Shown here: one piece after another, positions 1 to 5,923 of the stretch
Numbering within the stretch: position 1 is the first letter of the stretch
Layout of the letters: every line of letters begins with the position of its first letter
Source of the DNA: a virus
Lineage: Duplodnaviria; Heunggongvirae; Uroviricota; Caudoviricetes
Length of the DNA stretch: 26,614 nucleotides
Virus record (IMG/VR): IMGVR_UViG_2703719347_000005
Location: 1-26,614 of that record
Reading direction: 5' to 3' (one strand)
Position numbers and translations under genes: made by a program
The notes under the pieces: generated by a model
The model's database searches: none
What the model was told of the DNA's origin: nothing
The model's input: only the letters and a program-made list of their open reading frames with translations

Positions 1-405
1 ATGGATCAGGTCGTTGTTTTTCAAAAGATGTTTGAGCAAGTGAGAAAAGAGCAAAACTTCTCCTGGTTTTATTCAGAATTAAAACATCACCGTATTGCAC
101 ATTACATTTATTATCTGGCTACGGATAACATCAGAATTATTACTCACGATGATACGGTTTTGTTATTAAGAGGAACCAGGAACCTGTTAAAAGTTAGTAC
201 GACCAAGAACCCTGCTAAAATAAAAGAGGCCGCATTGCTTCATATTTGCGGAAAATCTACATTTCGGGAATACTGTTCAACACTGGCAGGCGCGGGCGTT
301 TTCCGGTGGGTTACTGATGTTAATCATAACAAACGCAGTTACTACGCCATTGATAATACGCTTTTATATATTGAAGATGTAGAAAATAATAAACCATTAA
401 TCTAG
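1..405 (+). CDS. ycgX: Hypothetical 134-aa protein, YcgX-like (DUF1398-type) chromosomal flank gene
   Basis: Complete 405-nt ORF starting at window position 1 in AT-rich DNA. Its length, and its ~700-bp spacing from a 107-aa ORF and an icd 3' fragment, match the ycgX-iraM-icdC arrangement I recall for E. coli K-12. Identification is from memory, not a search. Confidence 0.45.
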   Translation: MDQVVVFQKMFEQVRKEQNFSWFYSELKHHRIAHYIYYLATDNIRIITHDDTVLLLRGTRNLLKVSTTKNPAKIKEAALLHICGKSTFREYCSTLAGAGVFRWVTDVNHNKRSYYAIDNTLLYIEDVENNKPLI

Positions 406-611
406 CTAAAGTTGGATACTTAAGAAATGCTTCATAATTCAGTAAGGCATTAGCATAATGGAAATAAAAGTGCAGAGACTATCTCTATGGATGATTAATA
501 CTGTCTTTTTATTGTCACCCATAAATAATCACCAGACTAATACTATCAACTTGATATTTGAAATGTGATCACTTGACTTTTGATACGTTATTTTATAACG
601 GTTAACATATT

Positions 612-662
612 TATAAAAACAACGGCCGTGCCACACGTCCGTTTCAATACTTAACGCACATG
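612..662 (-). repeat. Copy 1 of a ~50-bp hairpin-containing element; near-duplicate of the icd terminator region at 1478-1527
   Basis: Direct repeat of 1478-1527 at roughly 45 of 52 positions. Contains imperfect hairpin AACGGCCGTG/CACGTCCGTT followed on the minus strand by a T-rich run (revcomp of ttataaaaac). Confidence 0.5.
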
Positions 663-1019
663 TATTTTGGTTTAGTCATCATCCGGTTATATGTATTTTA
701 GCCAGGAACAGGTTAAATCATTCCTATATAACTCAAAAATTGAAACCTTATTCTCATGTCATGCTTATATTCATTATTATCGTTATATAAAAAGGCAACC
801 ATAATGTTTAGCAAATTGGCACAAAGTAGCATAAAGGCTATGTTTTAATTACAGGATGTTCAGTCATTTGAATGTATAACATTATAGCTAAACAAATCTA
901 AAACGAAGTCAATAATTTATTGCTTTCACAAAATCTCATTTTGTTTAACATCCATTGAGATTCCTTGCTTTAAATTTTATTTTATATAAGCCATCATTTT
1001 AATTAATTTATTTTTTTGA

Positions 1020-1029
1020 GGGGGGGGGG
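1020..1029. repeat. G10 homopolymeric tract upstream of the iraM-like ORF
   Basis: Ten consecutive G, preceded by T7 and followed immediately by TAATAT (1030-1035); ~80 bp upstream of the ATG at 1107. Confidence 0.9.
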
Positions 1030-1106
1030 TAATATACTCATATGCAAAATCAAGAAATAAACATCCTAATGAACCATATTAAATACCGTGGGATAAGACA
1101 TAACAA

Positions 1107-1430
1107 ATGAAGTGGATAGTAATTGACACGGTAATTCAACCTACATGTGGTATATCTTTTTCAGCCATATGGGGTAATATGAAAATGATCATCTGGTATC
1201 AATCTACTATATTTCTCCCTCCTGGCAGTATATTTACACCGGTTAAGTCTGGTATTATCCTTAAGGATAAAGAATATCCTATTACTATTTATCACATCGC
1301 ACCATTCAACAAGGATTTATGGAGTTTACTCAAAAGCAGTCAAGAGTGTCCTCCAGGAGAAAGCAAAATAACAAATAAATGTTTACATAATAGTTGCATT
1401 ATAAAAATATGCCCATATGGGCTCAAGTAA
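1107..1430 (+). CDS. iraM: Anti-adaptor protein IraM-like (107 aa)
   Basis: 107-aa ORF in AT-rich DNA ~100 bp from the icd fragment. Size and position match iraM (ycgW) next to icdC in E. coli K-12, and the N-terminus ([12 protein letters not shown]...) agrees with my recollection of IraM. Unverified by search. Confidence 0.55.
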   Translation: MKWIVIDTVIQPTCGISFSAIWGNMKMIIWYQSTIFLPPGSIFTPVKSGIILKDKEYPITIYHIAPFNKDLWSLLKSSQECPPGESKITNKCLHNSCIIKICPYGLK

Positions 1431-1475
1431 TGGGCTTCATATAAATATGCTCGATATGCTATTAATAATATCCAC

Positions 1476-1527
1476 ATAAATAAAACAACGGGCGTGTTAT
1501 ACGCCCGTTTCAATATTTAACACATGG
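1476..1527 (-). terminator. Intrinsic terminator downstream of the icd 3' end (copy 2 of the repeated element)
   Basis: Perfect hairpin AACGGGCGT-gttat-ACGCCCGTT (1487-1509) followed on the minus strand by a GTTTTATTT run; lies just 3' of the icd stop codon (1533-1535). Confidence 0.6.
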
Positions 1528-1532
1528 AGAGA

Positions 1533-1692
1533 TTACATGTTTTCGATGATCGCTTCACCAAACTCTGAACATTTCAGCAGCTTAGCGCCTTCCATCAGAC
1601 GTTCGAAGTCATAAGTTACGGTCTTGGCATTGATTGCGCCTTCCATACCTTTAACAATCAGGTCAGCCGCTTCAGTCCAACCCATATGGCGC
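1533..1692 (-). pseudogene. icd: 3'-terminal fragment of the isocitrate dehydrogenase gene (icdC-like), prophage attachment-site duplication
   Basis: Minus-strand translation reads ...[53 protein letters not shown], matching the Icd C-terminus. Homology to icd stops abruptly near 1692, with an in-frame stop just upstream. Confidence 0.85.
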
Positions 1693-1995
1693 AGCAATAT
1701 CTACGCCATAAATTCTTAAGAGACTGATTTTATTATTTATTTAACCAATGCATCGAATTTTTATTGCCTTAAACTACATTGTTTAACTTGTTGATTTAGA
1801 TAATTTTAAGCTTCGTTTTGGGGAATAAATTATCGCCTTTGACCCAAAACCTATCGGCCATTACAACGTGGCGCCAGGGACTAAAGCTTTGCTCCTGAGC
1901 TAACGCGACGAGCAGTTGTACCTCGACCCGGTTCACTGGGTTACGCGCCAGGGTGGTGGGACAAACCGCCATTGATTAATGCGAAGTACTGATAA

Positions 1996-2029
1996 TATAA
2001 AAAATAAAAACCGGGATAGAGTATCCCGG
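1996..2029 (-). terminator. Rho-independent terminator of the 147-aa cargo ORF
   Basis: Hairpin CCGGGATA-gag-TATCCCGG (2011-2029), followed on the minus strand by T-tract TTTTTATTTTTT, 8 bp after the stop at 2037-2039. Confidence 0.6.
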
Positions 2030-2036
2030 CTCAAAG

Positions 2037-2480
2037 TTAGTGCACCGTAAGCTTTGATGGATTATCAGAGATGTCGAATGAAAACTCATCCCCATCTTTA
2101 TTGAAGCTGAAAGAATCAACATTATTTGTCTTAACGGACACTAAATCACCTAAAGGCCCATATACGCAAGTTGCCGTTCCACCGTTAGTAAACAACACTT
2201 CCTTGGTCACACCGGATACATTGGTAATTGTATTTACAGAAACCACGTTTGCTAAATTTTTTGGATAAGCATATTTGATTGACGAATAGTTGATGGTGAG
2301 CACGGTTCCACTATTGCTAATGGCAGCTCGATGGCCCCCATTCATCTCAGCCACCATACTCCCGTCTGGATAATAAGTCACTTTATGCCCATTTTGTTCA
2401 ATAACTTTTTTCCCGTCGGAATACTCAGTTACTGTATTAATACCCAACTGAAAAACTTTCGGTTGTTCATTATCTGCCAT
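2037..2480 (-). CDS. Hypothetical protein (147 aa), prophage cargo near the attachment site
   Basis: Uninterrupted ORF with its own terminator. No signal peptide or recognisable motif; Gly/Asn/Thr/Val-rich, beta-rich appearance. Confidence 0.5.
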   Translation of the reverse strand: MADNEQPKVFQLGINTVTEYSDGKKVIEQNGHKVTYYPDGSMVAEMNGGHRAAISNSGTVLTINYSSIKYAYPKNLANVVSVNTITNVSGVTKEVLFTNGGTATCVYGPLGDLVSVKTNNVDSFSFNKDGDEFSFDISDNPSKLTVH

Positions 2481-2666
2481 TTAATTCCCCTTTTTTTCTC
2501 CTGAAGAAACCCCATCAACCTTTACTTACTTTGTTAATATACACAAATATTTTTATAAATCCGCAGCCTAGATCAAATAAATGCTCATTGTTTTCAGCTG
2601 AGCCCTATCGAACTAATACAGAAATGAACTAAACGAATAAAATTTTTCTATTCTAGAAAATTGATA

Positions 2667-3932
2667 CTACTTAACCTGTAACAGGTCGGAGTATCTTGTA
2701 GTATAGCAAGGTGAAAGCATTTCCCGCTTCATCTGCCAGGCCGTTTGGATCCCCTGCCCTGCAAAATACAGCGTTCCCCTTCCGTCTTTCGCATTGAGAT
2801 GGTCGAGTACTTCCATCAGTTTCTCGCTATTCCGCCGTGGCACGTTATCATCAAACAAGTTTAGCTGGGCCACCCCCTGACTGTAGAAATCCCCCAGCAT
2901 CACTCCGGCTTTCTGGTAGCGATACCCGTCTCGCCAGATTGCATCGAGACATTCCGTCGCCGCTGTGATTATGTCCCGACTGTCCTGGGTCGGGGTCAAT
3001 AGTTTCACTGATGCACTATTGCCGTAGTACGGCTCATTCAGAGCAAATGGGCTGGTTTTGACGAATGCAGAGATAAAGCGGCAGTACTGATGCTCACCAC
3101 GGAGTTTCTCCGCGGCACGGGATGCGTATAAGCATATCGCCTGGCGCATCTCTTCGTAGGTGGAAATCCGCTGCCCAAAGCTGCGACTACAGACAATCTC
3201 CTGCTTTACCGGCGCGAACTCCTCAAGACCGAGACATGGCTCTCCGCGTAGCTCCCGCACGGTTCGCTCCAGTACCACATTAAAATGCTTCCGGATAAAA
3301 CGGATATCGGTATCCGCCAGTTGCAGTACAGTTTTAATCCCCATGGCCTCCAGTTTTTTACTGATGCGGCGCCCGACGCCCCAGACCTCATCCACCGGAA
3401 GCAAAGCCATCAACTTCCTCTGTCTTTCCAGGTTCGACAGATCCACCACGCCTCCGGTCTGCCGCTGCCACTGTTTCGCGGCGTGATTGGCCAGCTTCGC
3501 CAGGGTTTTAGTCTGGGCTATGCCGACGCCGACCGTTAGGTGTGTCCTGCGCAGAACCGTCTCGCGAATTTCCCTGCCAAAGTCGGTAAGGTCGCGACAA
3601 TTCCGAACTCCTGTCAGGTCGCAAAATGCCTCATCAATACTGTAAATTTCGCAGCGTGGAGAGAGTTCCTCCAGCGTTGTCATCACTCGGTTGGACATAT
3701 CGGCATAAAGCTCATAGTTGCTGCTAAACGCGATAATACCGTGCCGGCGAAACACGTCCTTTTGCTTGAAATAAGGCTCACCCATTTTGACGAAGGGCTT
3801 CGCTTCTGGCGAGCGGGCGATCACACAGCCGTCGTTGTTTGACAGAACGACCACCGGACGCCCTTTCAGGTCAGGACGAAATACGGTCTCGCACGATGCA
3901 TAAAATGAATTCACATCACAAAGCGCAAACAT
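2667..3932 (-). CDS. umuC: Translesion DNA polymerase V catalytic subunit UmuC (Y-family polymerase)
   Basis: Starts MFALCDVNSFYASCE with the SIDEAFCDLTG catalytic motif, ~421 aa. ATG is at 3930-3932, one nt after the umuD stop. The ORF-track 5' extension to 3992 is rejected. Confidence 0.9.
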   Translation of the reverse strand: MFALCDVNSFYASCETVFRPDLKGRPVVVLSNNDGCVIARSPEAKPFVKMGEPYFKQKDVFRRHGIIAFSSNYELYADMSNRVMTTLEELSPRCEIYSIDEAFCDLTGVRNCRDLTDFGREIRETVLRRTHLTVGVGIAQTKTLAKLANHAAKQWQRQTGGVVDLSNLERQRKLMALLPVDEVWGVGRRISKKLEAMGIKTVLQLADTDIRFIRKHFNVVLERTVRELRGEPCLGLEEFAPVKQEIVCSRSFGQRISTYEEMRQAICLYASRAAEKLRGEHQYCRFISAFVKTSPFALNEPYYGNSASVKLLTPTQDSRDIITAATECLDAIWRDGYRYQKAGVMLGDFYSQGVAQLNLFDDNVPRRNSEKLMEVLDHLNAKDGRGTLYFAGQGIQTAWQMKREMLSPCYTTRYSDLLQVK

Positions 3933-3933
3933 C

Positions 3934-4353
3934 TTAGCCAGCTGATTTAATGATGTACGTAACCACCCCGAACACGTCGAGAGTGTCCTCACTACCGACG
4001 ACTATTGGCGAATATGCAGGGTTCATTGGGTTAAGCTGAACCCGCGGATGCAGTTGCAGCTTCTTAACGGTGAATTCCCCATCCACAGCAGCAATAACGA
4101 TATCGCCATGAACTGCTGTTCTTGAGCTATCCACGACCAGAAGATCACCTTCCCCTATGCCTGCGTCTTTCATGCTGTCGCCGGCGGCTTTGACAAAATA
4201 CGTCGCACTTGGGTGGTTAACGAGCAACTCGTTCAGATCAATACGTTGCTCAACATAATCCTGCGCTGGACTAGGAAAGCCGCACTGCACAAGGTCACTG
4301 TACAACGGGAGCAGCATGATCTGGCGTAACTCAACGGGCGTGTAGAACTGCAT
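3934..4353 (-). CDS. umuD: UmuD, LexA-like self-cleaving accessory subunit of polymerase V
   Basis: 139 aa from ATG 4351-4353 ([13 protein letters not shown]...). Conserved Cys-Gly cleavage site (LVQCGFPSP), Ser (GDSMKD) and Lys (TVKKLQL) present. Confidence 0.9.
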   Translation of the reverse strand: MQFYTPVELRQIMLLPLYSDLVQCGFPSPAQDYVEQRIDLNELLVNHPSATYFVKAAGDSMKDAGIGEGDLLVVDSSRTAVHGDIVIAAVDGEFTVKKLQLHPRVQLNPMNPAYSPIVVGSEDTLDVFGVVTYIIKSAG

Positions 4354-4372
4354 AATAAACTCGCTCACAAAA

Positions 4373-4392
4373 TACTGTTTTTATATACAGTA
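4373..4392. promoter_or_regulatory. LexA (SOS) box upstream of umuD
   Basis: TACTGTTTTTATATACAGTA: canonical CTGT-N8-ACAG palindrome, 20 bp upstream of the umuD start codon. Confidence 0.8.
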
Positions 4393-4567
4393 GTTTTATT
4401 CGCTAATCTAATCAATAGAGGTTTTAACTATCAATCAGGAACACAGAGGGGGGGGAAACCAGTCACCTTTGAGCCCCTGATATTGGTTTCACTTAGTGAT
4501 TATGTTGTCTATATGCCAGCTTTGAACTATCTTTTCTCAAAACCTGCTACTGCAAAATGGATATAAG

Positions 4568-4693
4568 ATGTCACAGACGGACTTGCTGATTGTTGTTTTT
4601 ACGCTGGGCATTTTAGCCTTTGGCTATTCCATATGGTTCATTTCGAACAGAATACTCTGCTCAATATTTCATAGACTTACAAAGAATATATGA
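4568..4693 (+). CDS. Small hydrophobic ORF (41 aa; MSQTDLLIVVFTLGILAFGYSIWFISNRILCSIFHRLTKNI), putative small membrane protein
   Basis: ATG-initiated ORF below the ORF-track cutoff with one predicted transmembrane helix. Divergent from umuD and on the same strand as the terminator at 4900-4934. Weak RBS. Confidence 0.25.
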   Translation: MSQTDLLIVVFTLGILAFGYSIWFISNRILCSIFHRLTKNI

Positions 4694-4816
4694 ATTGGGA
4701 TGGTATAGACCAAAATTCATGGTCCTTGCTCCTCGACGTCGGAAGGTACTTACAGATCATCTTCGCTCTTAACCTATCACATCGGCACCTACTCCATGAT
4801 GTAACAGCTCAGACCA

Positions 4817-4934
4817 GAAATATCTGGAAGCTTTAGGCATCTTCTTGGAAGATAGACGAGCGCAAAGACGCACACAGCAATGATGTTATGTAGTATTTTC
4901 CCCTTGAGTGTGCCTGCTCAAGGGGATTTTTTAT
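4817..4934 (+). repeat. Direct repeat copy 1 (~118 bp), homologous to 7965-8079, ending in an intrinsic terminator
   Basis: Shared GAAATATCTGGAA, a 22-bp identical core GCGCAAAGACGCACACAGCAAT (4860-4881 and 8008-8029), and a terminator hairpin with conserved loop. Confidence 0.6.
4900..4934 (+). terminator. Rho-independent terminator (plus strand) overlapping the 3' end of the invertase gene
   Basis: CCCCTTGAG-tgtgcctg-CTCAAGGGG followed by ATTTTTTAT. The minus-strand version has no U-tract, so it is not the invertase terminator. Confidence 0.6.
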
Positions 4935-5487
4935 CGCCGCATTGTACCGGCAAATTTTTGTAAATAGTCTTCACATCTACGCCTATCACATCTGCGATCT
5001 GTTGCCGAGTAGCGCCGTTCTCCAGCATTCTGCGGCACCGCTCCACCACTTCTTCAGTCATTACCCGGCGGCGGCCGCCGACTCTCCCCTGCTCCCTCGC
5101 TGCGGCTAACCCGGCTCGGGTACGCTCCACTATCAGCTCGCGCTCCATTTCTGCCAGGGCGCTCATGACGTGGAAGAAGAATCGCCCTGCTGGCGTCGAA
5201 GTGTCGATCGAGTCGGTAAGGCTGCGGAAATTCACCCCACGCGCCTGCAACTCTGACACGAGCGTAATCAGATCGCGCACGCTGCGGCCCAGCCGATCCA
5301 GTTTCCAGACCACCAGCACATCACCCGGGCGGAGCCGTCGCAGCGCTCGCTTCAAACCTGGCCGCCGGGCATTCTTCCCGCTGGCCATATCCTCGAAAAC
5401 CAGCTCACATTCTGCGCGGATCAGCGCGTTTTTCTGTAAATCGAGGTTTTGATCCCCGGTTGATACCCTCGCATAGCCAATCAGCAC
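4918..5487 (-). CDS. Serine DNA invertase, Gin/Hin/Pin/Cin family
   Basis: MLIGYARVSTGDQNLDLQ...VVWKLDRLGRS...FRSLTDSIDTSTPAGRFFFHVMSALAEMERELIVERT closely matches Gin/Pin over the catalytic domain. GTG start at 5485-5487 with SD AAGGAG 7 nt upstream. C-terminal ~45 aa diverge from what I recall of Gin/Pin. Confidence 0.9.
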   Translation of the reverse strand: MLIGYARVSTGDQNLDLQKNALIRAECELVFEDMASGKNARRPGLKRALRRLRPGDVLVVWKLDRLGRSVRDLITLVSELQARGVNFRSLTDSIDTSTPAGRFFFHVMSALAEMERELIVERTRAGLAAAREQGRVGGRRRVMTEEVVERCRRMLENGATRQQIADVIGVDVKTIYKNLPVQCGDKKSP

Positions 5488-5510
5488 GATCTAACTCCTT
5501 GAAATAGCTG

Positions 5511-5539
5511 ATTGTAAAAAGCCGCGGCCATTCGCTCAA
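5511..5539 (-). promoter_or_regulatory. Putative sigma70 promoter of the invertase gene, -35 overlapping crossover site L
   Basis: On the minus strand: -35 TTGAGC (5539-5534), 17-bp spacer, -10 TACAAT (5516-5511). The -35 hexamer lies inside the left half of the 26-bp site. Confidence 0.3.
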
Positions 5540-5556
5540 ACCCTCGTTTGGGCGAA
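5531..5556. other. gix/hix-like 26-bp recombination site L
   Basis: TTCGCTCAAACC-CT-CGTTTGGGCGAA: two 12-bp half-sites (TTC....AAACC) around a 2-bp core, as in gix/hix/cix. Exact reverse complement occurs at 11080-11105. Confidence 0.65.
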
Positions 5557-5923
5557 GCCTCTTTTTGGAGCAAAAAACATGGCCGAACTTAACCCGCCAC
5601 TGGGCACGACGACGCCGGAAATATTCATGGACAACGTTAAGCGCGCTGACGAGCTGGTTAACGGTCCGGCCGGAACGGTTGACGACCGCGGCGGTGAACC
5701 ACTCGATACCTGGCGCCAGATGATGGCGAAAAACGATGAGGTCAGGCAGAACCTGATCCCGCTCAGTAAGCAATACCAGACGCTGGCAGCGGCGCAGGCG
5801 GATATCGCGAATATTCCGGTGGGGTCGACCACGTATTACCGTAGCCCGGATGACAACGCGTTAGCTGTAGAAGTGATCAATAACGCCGGTACGCTGCAGC
5901 CTACCGGGCGGAAAATGCCATCT
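5531..5923. repeat. Left arm of ~390-bp inverted repeat (site + RBS + first ~115 codons of fibre A)
   Basis: First 48 bp are 100% identical to revcomp of 11058-11105; the next ~345 nt are roughly 85-90% identical by eye to the fibre B 5' end. Confidence 0.85.

Noticed and set aside
940-1000. Possible PhoP box upstream of the iraM-like ORF (TGTTTA-N5-CATTGA)
   Set aside because: Only the first hexamer matches the TGTTTA direct-repeat consensus; the second half matches 3 of 6, too weak to call.
1800-1985. About 60-codon minus-strand ORF (MAVCPTTLARNPVNRVEVQLLVALAQEQSFSPWRHV...) in a GC-richer patch just inside the prophage end
   Set aside because: Below the ORF cutoff, no RBS and no recognisable product; possibly a gene remnant near the att junction, but not supportable as a gene.
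3933-3992. 5' extension of the umuC ORF ([20 protein letters not shown])
   Set aside because: UmuC homologs start at MFALCDVN; the extension overlaps umuD coding sequence.
4900-4934. Hairpin at 4900-4934 as the invertase's own terminator
   Set aside because: On the minus strand the hairpin is followed by an A-rich, not U-rich, run and overlaps the invertase stop codon; the U-tract is on the plus strand only.
5536-5832. ORF-track ORFs antisense to the fibre 5' ends (5536-5832 minus, 10807-11100 plus, 5405-5773 minus, 10737-11204 plus) encoding near-identical peptides
   Set aside because: They are mirror images created by the inverted repeat and lie antisense to well-supported fibre genes, so they are artefacts of the repeat rather than genes.
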